Positions 30,242 to 40,146 are shown, counted from the stretch's first letter. The stretch is 64,000 nucleotides of DNA from Thauera butanivorans NBRC 103042 (GCF_001591165.1 NZ_BCUG01000021.1:1-64000), one strand, 5' to 3'. Program-made: numbers and translations. Notes: a model not told the origin generated them from the sequence alone.

Positions 30242-33200
30242 ATGTCCGACACCCTGCCCTCATCCGACTCCGCCCTCGTCGATCAGGCCGTCGCCAGCGG
30301 CGGCGCCTATGAAGTGCTGCGCAAGCGGCTGGCCGAACAAGGTGCCGGCTTGCGCGGCCTGGCGTCGCAGATCAACGCCGGCCGCATCGAGGAATTCGGC
30401 AGCAGCGGCATGGCCTTGCTGGGGCGCTTCCGCCTGCGCAGCGAGAACAACTGCGTCGGCCGCGACGTCGTGCAGGTCGGCGACACGCTGCTGTTCGGCT
30501 ACAACGTGTTCATCGGGCTGAAGCAGGAAACCCGCATCGAAGACGTGTTCTCGCTGTACCGGCTGGAAGAGACCGAGGCCGGCTACGACGTGGTGCCGCT
30601 CGACGCGGCGCAGAGTTTTCTCGGCATCACCAGCTTCGTGCAGGACTTCCGCGAGCTGTACACCTACTACAAGGACGCCCGCCTGCTGCAACTGGCGGTA
30701 CGCGACGGCAAGCTGCTGGCGAGCTTCCAGATCGGCGCGCGCATCACCGACATCCGCGTGTTCCGCTGGTCGGTGTCGCCCGATGGCCGCGAGGTGCGCT
30801 ACATCGACAACCGTGGCGAGCGCGACATCGCCCTGCCGGCACCGTTCGACTTCGAATGGATACGCGCCGGGCGCGACAGCGCGGTGCATGGCCGCCACCC
30901 GCACCTGAACATCCTCGACACCGTGTTCGTCGAGACCCTGGGCGGCGATCTCACCGTCAAGGTGGAAAACAACACCGAGGACGGCATGGGCATCTACCGC
31001 GAAGCGGTGGTGGACAAGACCCAGTCGCTCGACGACGCCACGGTGGAATACGCCCGCGTCGGCAGCCTGATCCTGCTCAAGATCCTGCCGTATCGCGAAG
31101 AGCAGTGGCGCTATCTGGTGTTCAACACGCTGACGCAGAAGGTGCAGCGCATCGACGCCATCGGCCTGGCCTGCATCCAGTTGCCGGAAGACCACGGCAT
31201 CATCTTCCCCGGCGGCTATTACTTGCAGAACGGCGAAAGCAAGGCCTTCGAGCAGCAGATGGAAGGCATGCGCTACCGCCGCAGCATCCGTTCGCCCAAC
31301 GGCGAAGACGTGCTGTACGTGTTCTACGAGCCGCACAGCGGCCGCATGGCGCTGTTCAACTACAACCTCATCGAGCGGCAGTTGCAGGCGCCGCTGATCG
31401 GCCACGGCTACGCGCGGCTGGAAGACGGGCGCATGGTGTTGTTCAGCTCCGAATCCGACGAGCCAACACGCATCCATCCGATGCAGGTGTGGCGCACGCC
31501 CTTCTTCAGCGAGGAGTTCGCCGCACGCCAGGCGCCCGGCGGCAACTTCTTCGGCCGCATCGGCAACGCCGAACTGGTGCGCGGCATCTCCGAACTGTTC
31601 AGCCTGGTGCGCGAGATCGGCGCCGCGGAAGTGTCGGTGCAGCGCTACCAGCGGCTCATCGACCAGGCGCGGCGGCTGTTCGACCGCTATCACTGGATGG
31701 CCGAAGCCTGCGACGGCGCGCTGGCCCGGACGCTGCACGAGATCGTCGCCTCGGGCGAAGCGGTGCTCGACGAATTCGAGAAAGTCGAAAGCATCCGCGC
31801 CGCCTCGGCGCGCGCAATGGCCGAAGCCGAAACCCGCCACAAGGCCTTGCTGACACAATTGCGCCAGCAGGATTGGAAGCACGTGCAGGACTACGTGCAG
31901 GCGCTGCAGCGCATCGCCGCCGAGCGCGGCCACCTGCTCAGCGTGCGCGACCTGCGCTACGTCGACACCGCGCGCATCGACGCGATGGAAAGCGAGCTGC
32001 TCGCCAGCCAGGCCAGCGTGGCCGCCGACACCGCCGCGTTCCTGTCCAGCGAGGAAGCGCTGCTGCCCTATGGCGAGCGCCTCGCCGAACTCGACCAGCA
32101 GGCGCAGAAGGCCGACACCGGCATGCAGCTGGACGAACCGCTGCAGGCCATGCAGGCGATGTCCGGCGAACTCGACATGCTGTCCGAACTGATGGCCACC
32201 CTCAAGGTGGATGACGCCACCCAGCGCACCCGTATCGTCGAGGCCATCTCGGCCATCTACGCGCGCCTCAACCAGGCCAAGGCGCGCGCCGAGCAGCGCC
32301 GCCGCGGCCTCGGCGCCAGCGAACGGGTGGCGCAGTTCGGCGCGCAGTTCTCGCTGTTCGGCCAGAGCATCGTCAGCGCCTTGGCGCTGGCGCAGGACCC
32401 GGAACGCTGCGACGAACAATTGTCGCGCCTGCTGATCCAGCTCGAAGAGCTGGAAAGCCAGTTCGGCGAGCACGAGGCCTTTCTTGGCGACATCGTCGCC
32501 AAGCGCGAAGAACTGCTGGAGAGCTTCGAAAGCCACAAGCAATCCTTGCTGGATGAGCGCCAGCGCAAGGCACAGTCGGTGCAGGACGCCGCCGTGCGCA
32601 TTGTCGATGGCCTGGGCCGGCGCACCGAGCGGCTGGCGACGCTGGACGAACTGAACGCCTTCTTCGCCGGCGATCCGCTGATCCTCAAGTTGCGCGAACT
32701 GGCCGAGCGGCTGCGCGAACTCAAGGACAGCGTCAAGGCCGACGACGTCGAGGCGTGCCTCAAGGGCGTGCGCGACCAGGCGGTACGCTCGCTGCGCGAC
32801 CGCAGCGAGCTGTTCGAGGGCGGCGGCAACGTGATCCGCCTGGGCCGCCACCGCTTCAGCGTCAACAACCAGGTGCTCGACCTCACGCTGATGCCGCGCG
32901 GCGACACGCTGTACCTGCATCTGGTCGGCACCGACTACATGGAAGCGCTGCACGACCCGCAACTGGCCGCGCTGCGGCCGTTCTGGGACGTGTCGCTGGC
33001 CTCAGAGTCGCCGCAACTGTACCGCGGCGAATATCTGGCGCTGCAAGTCATCGATGCCGCCGAGCGGCAGGCCGACGGCTGGGACCGCGACCAGTTGCAC
33101 CGCCTGCTGCTGCAACCCGAGGCGCTCGACCGCGCGCTGCGCGAATTCGCTGCGCCGCGCTACCGCGAAGGCTACGAGCGCGGCATCCACGACCACGACG

Positions 33201-35599
33201 CCGCGCGCATCCTGCGGGCCTTGGTGCCGATGCGCGAAGCCGCCGGCGTGCTCGCCACGGCACCGGACGCGCGGGCGCTGGCGGTGCTGTTCTGGGGGCA
33301 GCGCAACCAGGTGCTCAACCCCGAGGCCAGCGCCGCGCTGGCGCAATGGCCGGCGCGGGCCCGCCATGCAATAGACATGCGGCGGCTGTTCGGCAGCGCG
33401 GCTGCCCGCCGCAGCCTGGTGGACGACATGGCCGCGGCGCTGCGGACCTTCATCGAGCAGCACGCGCTCGCCATCGACCCCGCATTGAGTGCGCCGGCAG
33501 CCGACTACCTGCTGAGCGAGCTGGGTGATGCGGCTCCGCGTTTCAGCTTCACCGGGCAGGCGCGGCAACTGGTGGAAGCGCTGCAGGCACGGCTGGAGGC
33601 CGACGGGCGCTGGAGCGGTCTGCTGCAGGACTGGCGCCACAGCGCCGGCGACGGCCTGCCGCTGGCAGCGCGCTGGCAAAGCGCGCTGCAATGGGCGCAG
33701 GCACTGTGTGCCGCGTCCGGCGATGCCAACGCCGGGTTGGCCGCGCTCGGCGACTACGCCAGCGAGGCCGCCGCCTGGCTGGTGGCGGCCGAGGCCGTGC
33801 CGCACCGCTTCAGCAGCGTGGCCTTGCGCGCCAGCGTGACCGGCCTGCTCGGCGAGCACCCGCGCATCGTCGATGGCGCACTGGTGCTGGCGGTGGACGA
33901 CGTGGCACGGCGCGAGCACTGGCACCGCCACGAATTCATGCCGCAGCTGCAACGCTACCAGCAGTTGCGCCACGACATCCTGGTGCGCGAGCGCGAGGCG
34001 ATGCGGCTGGACGAGTTCAAGCCGCGCCCGCTCAGCAGCTTCGTGCGCAACAAGCTGATCAACGACGTCTATCTGGGCGTGATCGGCGACAACCTCGCCA
34101 AACAGATGGGCACCGCCGGCAGCAACAAGCGCAGCGACCTGATGGGCCTGCTGATGATGATCTCGCCACCCGGCTACGGCAAGACCACGCTGATGGAATA
34201 CGTGGCGCACCGCCTCGGGCTGATCTTCATGAAGATCAACGGCCCGGCGCTGGGCCACGAGGTGCGCTCGCTCGACCCGGCCCAGGCACCCGACGCCACC
34301 TCGCGCCAGGAGCTGGAAAAGCTCAACCTGGCGCTGGAAATGGGCAACAACGTGATGCTGTATGTGGACGACATCCAGCACACCCACCCGGAATTCCTGC
34401 AGAAGTTCATCTCGCTGTCGGACGGCACGCGCCGCATCGAGGGTGTATGGAAAGGGCGCACGCGCACCTACGACATGCGCGGCAAGAAATTCTGCGTGGT
34501 GATGGCCGGCAACCCCTACACCGAATCCGGCGAGGTCTTCAAGATTCCCGACATGCTCGCCAACCGCGCCGACATCTACAACCTCGGCGACGTGCTGGGC
34601 GGCATGGAGGAAGTGTTCAAACTCAGCTACATCGAGAACAGCCTCACCAGCAACCCGGTGCTGGCGCCGCTGGCTACGCGCGACCTGAACGATCTCTACC
34701 GCATCATCGACAAGCTGCAAGGCAAGGAATTTTCCGCCAACGCGCTCAGCCACGGCTACAGTGCCGCCGAACTGCGCGACATCGAAACCACGCTGCAGCG
34801 CATGCTGCAGGTGCGCGAAGTGGTCTATCGCATCAACCAGCAATACATCGCCAGCGCCGCCCAGGCCGAGGCCTACCGCACGGAGCCGCCGTTCAAGCTG
34901 CAAGGCTCCTACCGCAACATGAACAAGCTAGCGGAAAAGATCTCGGCGGTAATGAACGACGCCGAGCTCCAGCAATTGCTGGCCGACCACTACGTCGGCG
35001 AGGCCCAACTGCTCACCAGCGGGGCGGAGGAAAACCTGCTCAAGCTCGCCGAACTTCGCGGCAGCCTGAGAGGCGACGATGCCGTTCGCTGGGCACAGAT
35101 CAAGCGTGACTACCTGCGCAACAAGGCCATCGGCGGCAGCGACGCCGACGTCGCCGGCAAGATCGTCGTGCAATTGATGGACCTGGTCGAAGCCACCCGC
35201 CACACCGCCGCACTGGCCGAACAGGCGGCCACTCGGCCCGAGGAAGCACTACCCTGGGCGGAAATCCTCGCTGCCCTGCTGCAATCGGCCAAGGCACAGA
35301 CCCAGCAGGCCCGCCACGTCGCCGCGCTGGCCCGTGCGAGAACCAGCCAGCCGCTACAGACCCTCGCTACCTTGCTCCAGCAATCCCTGGAACCGATCCG
35401 GACCCACCTGGACGAAAGCCGCAAGCAGCAGCTCGGCCTTCACCGCGTATTGCTGGAAATCGCCGAACGCCTGCGCGTGGTCGCCGAGGCCGAAGCATCC
35501 GGCGCCACCCAAGACAGCGAGCGCAAGCTGCGCTTGCTGGATCGCGCCTTCGCCCGCATGCTCGAAGAAGACACACACCCTGGAGAGAATGCGGGTTGA
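30242..35599 (+). CDS. Giant multidomain protein (1785 aa): N-terminal domain of unknown function, long helical/coiled-coil middle, single C-terminal AAA+ ATPase module (AAA_5/MoxR/dynein-like)
   Basis: Walker A MMISPPGYGKTTLMEY (about aa 1310). Walker B NVMLYVDDIQ. Sensor/arginine region FCVVMAGNPYTESGEVFKIPDMLANRADIYNL resembles AAA_5-type modules. Even codon usage over 5.3 kb. The antisense ORFs are Arg/Ala/Gly-rich noise. Confidence 0.8.
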   Translation: MSDTLPSSDSALVDQAVASGGAYEVLRKRLAEQGAGLRGLASQINAGRIEEFGSSGMALLGRFRLRSENNCVGRDVVQVGDTLLFGYNVFIGLKQETRIEDVFSLYRLEETEAGYDVVPLDAAQSFLGITSFVQDFRELYTYYKDARLLQLAVRDGKLLASFQIGARITDIRVFRWSVSPDGREVRYIDNRGERDIALPAPFDFEWIRAGRDSAVHGRHPHLNILDTVFVETLGGDLTVKVENNTEDGMGIYREAVVDKTQSLDDATVEYARVGSLILLKILPYREEQWRYLVFNTLTQKVQRIDAIGLACIQLPEDHGIIFPGGYYLQNGESKAFEQQMEGMRYRRSIRSPNGEDVLYVFYEPHSGRMALFNYNLIERQLQAPLIGHGYARLEDGRMVLFSSESDEPTRIHPMQVWRTPFFSEEFAARQAPGGNFFGRIGNAELVRGISELFSLVREIGAAEVSVQRYQRLIDQARRLFDRYHWMAEACDGALARTLHEIVASGEAVLDEFEKVESIRAASARAMAEAETRHKALLTQLRQQDWKHVQDYVQALQRIAAERGHLLSVRDLRYVDTARIDAMESELLASQASVAADTAAFLSSEEALLPYGERLAELDQQAQKADTGMQLDEPLQAMQAMSGELDMLSELMATLKVDDATQRTRIVEAISAIYARLNQAKARAEQRRRGLGASERVAQFGAQFSLFGQSIVSALALAQDPERCDEQLSRLLIQLEELESQFGEHEAFLGDIVAKREELLESFESHKQSLLDERQRKAQSVQDAAVRIVDGLGRRTERLATLDELNAFFAGDPLILKLRELAERLRELKDSVKADDVEACLKGVRDQAVRSLRDRSELFEGGGNVIRLGRHRFSVNNQVLDLTLMPRGDTLYLHLVGTDYMEALHDPQLAALRPFWDVSLASESPQLYRGEYLALQVIDAAERQADGWDRDQLHRLLLQPEALDRALREFAAPRYREGYERGIHDHDAARILRALVPMREAAGVLATAPDARALAVLFWGQRNQVLNPEASAALAQWPARARHAIDMRRLFGSAAARRSLVDDMAAALRTFIEQHALAIDPALSAPAADYLLSELGDAAPRFSFTGQARQLVEALQARLEADGRWSGLLQDWRHSAGDGLPLAARWQSALQWAQALCAASGDANAGLAALGDYASEAAAWLVAAEAVPHRFSSVALRASVTGLLGEHPRIVDGALVLAVDDVARREHWHRHEFMPQLQRYQQLRHDILVREREAMRLDEFKPRPLSSFVRNKLINDVYLGVIGDNLAKQMGTAGSNKRSDLMGLLMMISPPGYGKTTLMEYVAHRLGLIFMKINGPALGHEVRSLDPAQAPDATSRQELEKLNLALEMGNNVMLYVDDIQHTHPEFLQKFISLSDGTRRIEGVWKGRTRTYDMRGKKFCVVMAGNPYTESGEVFKIPDMLANRADIYNLGDVLGGMEEVFKLSYIENSLTSNPVLAPLATRDLNDLYRIIDKLQGKEFSANALSHGYSAAELRDIETTLQRMLQVREVVYRINQQYIASAAQAEAYRTEPPFKLQGSYRNMNKLAEKISAVMNDAELQQLLADHYVGEAQLLTSGAEENLLKLAELRGSLRGDDAVRWAQIKRDYLRNKAIGGSDADVAGKIVVQLMDLVEATRHTAALAEQAATRPEEALPWAEILAALLQSAKAQTQQARHVAALARARTSQPLQTLATLLQQSLEPIRTHLDESRKQQLGLHRVLLEIAERLRVVAEAEASGATQDSERKLRLLDRAFARMLEEDTHPGENAG

Positions 35600-36174
35600 G
35601 CCGCATCAGCAAGACGATGAAACCCCTGCTTCCCGAATGGCTCCACCCCTGGCTCGAATTCATCACGCTCGGCCTGCAGGTCATGCTGATCCTGCTCGCC
35701 GCCTGGGTGCTGAACATGCTGGTCCGGCGCATCGTCCGCCGCCTGAGCGAGCGCTACAACCTGCCTCCCGAGCTGACCCTCATCGTGCGCCGAGGCATCG
35801 CATTCATCATCTATGCCGGCGCGCTGCTGACGATCCTGGACCGCTTCGGCGTGTCGGGCACCGTGCTGTGGACCGCCTTCACCGGCTTTGCCGCAGTCGC
35901 CGCCGTCGCCTTCTTCGCCGCCTGGAGCGTGCTGTCCAACATCTTCTGCACGCTGCTGATCTTCACCACCCGGCCCTTCCGCCTCCACGATCACATCGAG
36001 GTGATCGAGAACGGCGAGAAGCCCGGACTGAAGGGACAGGTGACCGACATCAACCTGATCTACACCACGCTGCACGAGCGCCTGCCCGACGGCGGCGACA
36101 CCGTGCTGCACATCCCCAACAGCCTGTTCTTCCAGCGCGCGATCCGCCGCTGGCGCAGCCTGCCGCCGCTTTGA
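35596..36174 (+). CDS. Short MscS-family mechanosensitive channel protein (192 aa)
   Basis: AAWSVLSNIFCTLLIFTTRPFRLHDHIEVIENGEKPGLKGQVTDINLIYTTLHERLPDGGDTVLHIPNSLFF matches the MscS pore helix TM3 plus beta-domain. TTG start 35596 overlaps the giant gene's TGA (TTGA). An alternative ATG is at 35617. Confidence 0.8.
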   Translation: MSRISKTMKPLLPEWLHPWLEFITLGLQVMLILLAAWVLNMLVRRIVRRLSERYNLPPELTLIVRRGIAFIIYAGALLTILDRFGVSGTVLWTAFTGFAAVAAVAFFAAWSVLSNIFCTLLIFTTRPFRLHDHIEVIENGEKPGLKGQVTDINLIYTTLHERLPDGGDTVLHIPNSLFFQRAIRRWRSLPPL

Positions 36175-36197
36175 GCCAGACTGTCCGGCGGACGTGA

Positions 36198-36536
36198 TCA
36201 AGCCTTGCGCACGAACTCCGACTTCAGCTTCATCGCGCCAATGCCGTCGATCTTGCAGTCGATGTCGTGGTCGCCGTCGATCAGGCGGATGTTCTTGACC
36301 TTGGTGCCGACCTTCACCACCAGCGACGAGCCCTTCACCTTCAGGTCCTTGATCACGGTGACGCTGTCGCCGTCCTGCAGCACGTTGCCATTGGCGTCCT
36401 TGAACACCTTTTCGGCCTCGCCCGCTTCCTCCGCGGCTTGCGGCCACTCGTGCGCACATTCGGGGCAGACGTAGTTGATGCCGTCCTCGTAGGTGTATTC
36501 GGAGCTGCATTCGGGACACTTGGGCAGACTGCTCAT
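36198..36536 (-). CDS. phnA: PhnA-family zinc-ribbon protein (YjdC-like)
   Basis: [31 protein letters not shown]...[36 protein letters not shown] is near-identical in pattern to E. coli PhnA. 112 aa. Confidence 0.85.
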   Translation of the reverse strand: MSSLPKCPECSSEYTYEDGINYVCPECAHEWPQAAEEAGEAEKVFKDANGNVLQDGDSVTVIKDLKVKGSSLVVKVGTKVKNIRLIDGDHDIDCKIDGIGAMKLKSEFVRKA

Positions 36537-36547
36537 GCTTCTTTCCT

Positions 36548-37270
36548 TTATTCGATCGTGATCCGCATCGACGGCGCCGGCAGGCCCCTGCGCTTGCGCT
36601 CGGCCTCGATCAGTTTGGCGATGTCGGTGTTGCGGTTCTGCAGCGCCCAGGCGTCGGCGGACAGGCCGGCGTCGTTCAGCGCGTTCAGGTCGGTCTCCGG
36701 CACTGCGAGCAGGCGGCGCACCACGCCGATATGGCCGTTGCGCGCGGCAAGCATCAGCGGCGTGGCACGGTTCGGTGCCCGGGCATTGACGTCCGCGCCG
36801 GCGGCGAACAGTGCATCGAGCATGGATTCGCGGCCCTCGAAGGCGGCGTAGTGCAGCGGCGCCCAACCGTCGTGATTCACTTTGGCACCGGCCTTCAGCA
36901 GCGCGCGGACGACATCGTCGTAGCCGCCCAGCACCGCCAGCATCAGCGCCGAATCGCCGCTGGGGTTTTGCTGGTCGATCGGCACGCCGCGCTGCAGCAA
37001 GGCTTCGACCGTGGCGGCCTGGCCTTCGCGTGCGGCGAGGATCAGCAAGGTGTTGCCGCTGGCATCGACGCTGTTCGGATCGATGCCGCCGTCGATCAGC
37101 CTGGCGAGGCCTTTCGCATCGCCCAGCACGGCGGCGTTGCGCGCATCGTCGAAGGTGCCGGCCGCATGCGCGCTCAGGCTGAGGGTGGCGATGGCGGCCG
37201 CGGCGAGCAGGCGGCGGACCGAATGCTTGCGATTCTGGCGCAGGGAGGTTTCAGGCTGGTCTTTGTGCAT
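36548..37270 (-). CDS. Ankyrin-repeat protein with signal peptide
   Basis: [18 protein letters not shown] signal peptide, then repeated ANK motifs ([48 protein letters not shown]). Start ATG 37270. Confidence 0.8.
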   Translation of the reverse strand: MHKDQPETSLRQNRKHSVRRLLAAAAIATLSLSAHAAGTFDDARNAAVLGDAKGLARLIDGGIDPNSVDASGNTLLILAAREGQAATVEALLQRGVPIDQQNPSGDSALMLAVLGGYDDVVRALLKAGAKVNHDGWAPLHYAAFEGRESMLDALFAAGADVNARAPNRATPLMLAARNGHIGVVRRLLAVPETDLNALNDAGLSADAWALQNRNTDIAKLIEAERKRRGLPAPSMRITIE

Positions 37271-38027
37271 GGTGGAAAAGTCGGAAGAAGTTGTCGGTAC
37301 AGGCCTGTTCGATGCGGGCCAGCGGTTCGTCGCGCAGGCGGGCGATTTCTTCGGCGACATGCACGACCCAGGCGGGCTCGTTGGTCCTGCCGCGATGCGG
37401 CACCGGTGCCAGATAGGGCGCATCGGTCTCGATCAGCAGGCGGTCGAGCGGCACACGGCGGGCGACCTCCTTCAGTTCCCTGGCGTTGCGGAAGGTGACG
37501 ATGCCGGAGAAGGAAATGTAGAAACCCAGCTCGAGCGCGGCGTCGGCCACGTCCTGGCTTTCGGTGAAGCAGTGCATGACGCCACCGGCCTCGCCGGCCT
37601 TTTCCTCGCGCATCAGCCGCAGCGTGTCCTCGGCGGCGCTGCGGGTATGGATGACGAGCGGCTTGCCGGTTTCGCGCGCGGCGCGGATGTGGGTGCGGAA
37701 GCGCTCGCGCTGCCATTCGGGCGCGTCCTTCTGCCAGTGGTAGTCCAGGCCGGTCTCGCCGATGGCGACCACCTTGGGATGGTCGGCCAGCGCGACCAGG
37801 CGGGCGACGTCTGGCTCATCGCAGTCGGCATTGTCGGGATGCACGCCCACCGAAGCCCACAGGTGTGGATGCCGCTCGGCCAGCGCGCGCACCTGCGGAA
37901 AATCCTCGAGCTTGACGCTGATGCACAGCGCGGTGCCGACGTCGTTGGCCGCCATGTTGGCGAGCACTTCGTCCTCGCGGGCGATGAGATCGGGAAAATC
38001 GAGATGGCAGTGGGAATCGACGAACAT
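37251..38027 (-). CDS. tatD: TatD-family metal-dependent DNase/hydrolase (YcfH-like)
   Basis: MFVDSHCHLDF...IGETGLDYH...PLVIHTR...LLIETDAPYL are canonical TatD motifs. Start ATG 38027. Confidence 0.9.
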   Translation of the reverse strand: MFVDSHCHLDFPDLIAREDEVLANMAANDVGTALCISVKLEDFPQVRALAERHPHLWASVGVHPDNADCDEPDVARLVALADHPKVVAIGETGLDYHWQKDAPEWQRERFRTHIRAARETGKPLVIHTRSAAEDTLRLMREEKAGEAGGVMHCFTESQDVADAALELGFYISFSGIVTFRNARELKEVARRVPLDRLLIETDAPYLAPVPHRGRTNEPAWVVHVAEEIARLRDEPLARIEQACTDNFFRLFHHAQRPA

Positions 38028-38064
38028 CGGGAAAACCGGAAAGGATGGATCGGGTCGGCAGCGT

Positions 38065-38430
38065 TCAGATCGTGTGAGTCGGCCGGCTGGAGCCGAGATG
38101 GCCGGCGAGAACCTGTTCGATGCGGCCGCGCAGCACCTTGCTGGCGTCGTCATCCGCAAACTGCACGCCGACGCCCTGCGTCTTGCCGCCCTGTGCCCCT
38201 TGCGGCGTCACCCAGGCCACCCGCCCTGCCACCGGATGGCGCGTCGGGTCGCCCATCAGTTGCAGCAGCATGAAGATTTCGTCGCCGAGGTTGTAGTGCT
38301 TCGGCGTGGGCACGAACAAGCCACCGTTGCTCAGGAAAGGCATGTAGGCCGCATACAGCGCGGATTTCGAGTTGATGTTCAGCGACAGCACGCTGGGGCG
38401 CGCCGTCTGCGGTTTGGCGTGGCTGCTCAT
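38065..38430 (-). CDS. pilZ: Type IV pilus assembly protein PilZ (PilZ-domain)
   Basis: LSLNINSKSALYAAYMPFLSNGGLFVPT...VAGRVAWVTPQGAQGG..GVGVQF closely matches Pseudomonas PilZ. Sits in the conserved tmk-holB-pilZ-tatD cluster. Confidence 0.9.
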   Translation of the reverse strand: MSSHAKPQTARPSVLSLNINSKSALYAAYMPFLSNGGLFVPTPKHYNLGDEIFMLLQLMGDPTRHPVAGRVAWVTPQGAQGGKTQGVGVQFADDDASKVLRGRIEQVLAGHLGSSRPTHTI

Positions 38431-39485
38431 CCTCTTGCTCCGGGGAAGCTGCGCGCATAGCGCAGCAACATGTCTTCGAGAACCAGGCGCAGGCTCAGGG
38501 GGTGGCGCGATACCTTGCGAATCTGCGCGATCTCATTGTAGCAGCCGCTCACCGCGGCCACGCTCGCGCGGCTGGCGAGCGCCGACAACAGCCCTTCCTG
38601 GGCCGGGAAGAAGCGGACCCTGCCGCCCAGCCGCAAGGCCGCCAGGTCGCTGACCCAGCGCTGCATCCAGTCGGTGAGCTCGGGCAGGCCGAAACCGGCC
38701 GCCAGCGCTTCCTTCGATTTCAGCCAGGCTTCCCACTGGCCGGCGATGCGCAGCGCATCCGCTGCCTGCAGCCCGGAGACGTCGCGCACGAAGCGATCGA
38801 GCAAGGCATCGGCGCCGCGCTGCGCCATGCGCTCGGCCGCCAGCGGCATGCCGCCGCCGATCGCCAGCAAGGCCTGCATCGAAGGCGCCGCACCTGCCTT
38901 CCACTGCGCCAGCGCCACATCGTCCGGGCGCGAGAACGGCCACTGCTGGCAACGGCTGCGGATCGTCGGCAGCAGGCGGCGCGGCGCCGACGACACCAGC
39001 AGGAACACACAGCCTTCGGGCGGCTCTTCCAGCAGCTTCAGCAGGGCGTTGGCGGTGAACACGTTCATCGCCTCGGCGGGATCGAGCACCACCACCCGCC
39101 GCGCGCTGTGGTGGCCGGTGACGCTCAGCGCCGACTGCAGGTCGCGGATCTGCTCGATGAGGATCTGCTCGGACTTGGCCTTGCCTTCCTTGGCCGGCGC
39201 TGCTTCCGCCCCCTCGCCTTCGGCGCCGTCGGCTGCGGCATCGGCAGCCGGCACCACGTGACGCAGATCGGGGTGGTTGCCCGCCAGCCGCCATTGGCAG
39301 GGCTCGCAGCGACCGCAGGCGTGGCCGTCGGCAGCGGGGCTGTCGCACAGCAGCCGCGCCGCCAGCGCCTCGGCCAGTTCGCGCTTGCCGAGGCCGGGCG
39401 GGCCGACGAACAGCAGCGCATGCGGCAGGCGCCCGCCGAGCTCGACGAGGCGCGTCCACGCCGGCTGCATCCAGGGGTGGATCAT
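38427..39485 (-). CDS. holB: DNA polymerase III subunit delta prime
   Basis: [42 protein letters not shown].....CGRCEPCQ is the HolB zinc module plus a degenerate P-loop. Start ATG 39485 overlaps the tmk stop (ATGA). Confidence 0.85.
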   Translation of the reverse strand: MIHPWMQPAWTRLVELGGRLPHALLFVGPPGLGKRELAEALAARLLCDSPAADGHACGRCEPCQWRLAGNHPDLRHVVPAADAAADGAEGEGAEAAPAKEGKAKSEQILIEQIRDLQSALSVTGHHSARRVVVLDPAEAMNVFTANALLKLLEEPPEGCVFLLVSSAPRRLLPTIRSRCQQWPFSRPDDVALAQWKAGAAPSMQALLAIGGGMPLAAERMAQRGADALLDRFVRDVSGLQAADALRIAGQWEAWLKSKEALAAGFGLPELTDWMQRWVSDLAALRLGGRVRFFPAQEGLLSALASRASVAAVSGCYNEIAQIRKVSRHPLSLRLVLEDMLLRYARSFPGARG

Positions 39486-40135
39486 GTCAACAGACTCTCG
39501 CGCACGATGCGCTCGATGTCGGCACGGATCAACTCGGGCGCGCGGTCGGCATCGACCACGCGGATGCGCCGCGGCGCCAGCCGTGCGCGTTCGAGATAGG
39601 CATCCCGCACACGCTCGAAGAAGTCGCGCCGCTCGCGCTCGAAGCGGTCGGGATCGGCGCCGGTCGACGCGACGCGGGCGGCGGCGGTTTCCGGCGGCAG
39701 GTCGAACAGCAGCGTCAGGTCGGGCTGCAGCCGGGGATGGACCCAGGCTTCGAGCGCCTCGAACTTGTCGCGCGCCAGCCCGCGGCCACCGACCTGGTAG
39801 GCGAAGGTGGCATCCGAGAAGCGGTCGCACACCACCCAGCGCCCGGCCGCCAGCGCCGGCTCGATGCGGGCGGCGAGATGTTCGCGGCGCGCGGCGAACA
39901 TCAGCATGGCCTCGGTTTCCAGGTGCATCGGCTCGTGCAGCAGCAGTTCGCGCAGACGCTCGCCGAGCGGCGTGCCGCCGGGTTCGCGCGACTGCTCGAC
40001 ATCAATGCCGCGGGCGCGCAGCAGTTCGACGGTGGCGGCGATCTGGCTGCTCTTGCCCGCGCCATCGATGCCTTCGAAGGTGATGAAGCGCCCGCGCGGC
40101 GCTTGTTCGCCGCGGCTCGAGGCCTTCCCGTTCAA
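39482..40135 (-). CDS. tmk: Thymidylate kinase
   Basis: [19 protein letters not shown]-loop. DRF..ATFAYQ lid region. No in-frame ATG upstream; the probable start is TTG near 40135. Confidence 0.85.
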   Translation of the reverse strand: MNGKASSRGEQAPRGRFITFEGIDGAGKSSQIAATVELLRARGIDVEQSREPGGTPLGERLRELLLHEPMHLETEAMLMFAARREHLAARIEPALAAGRWVVCDRFSDATFAYQVGGRGLARDKFEALEAWVHPRLQPDLTLLFDLPPETAAARVASTGADPDRFERERRDFFERVRDAYLERARLAPRRIRVVDADRAPELIRADIERIVRESLLT

Positions 40136-40146
40136 GATTTCCTCGT

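Noticed and set aside
30260-34903. 900-aa and 633-aa minus-strand ORFs, plus many 60-470-aa ORFs on both strands, inside the giant gene
   Set aside because: The plus-strand frame carries Walker A/B and sensor motifs in the correct order and is translationally coupled at both ends. The alternatives are Arg/Ala/Gly-rich antisense or off-frame noise.
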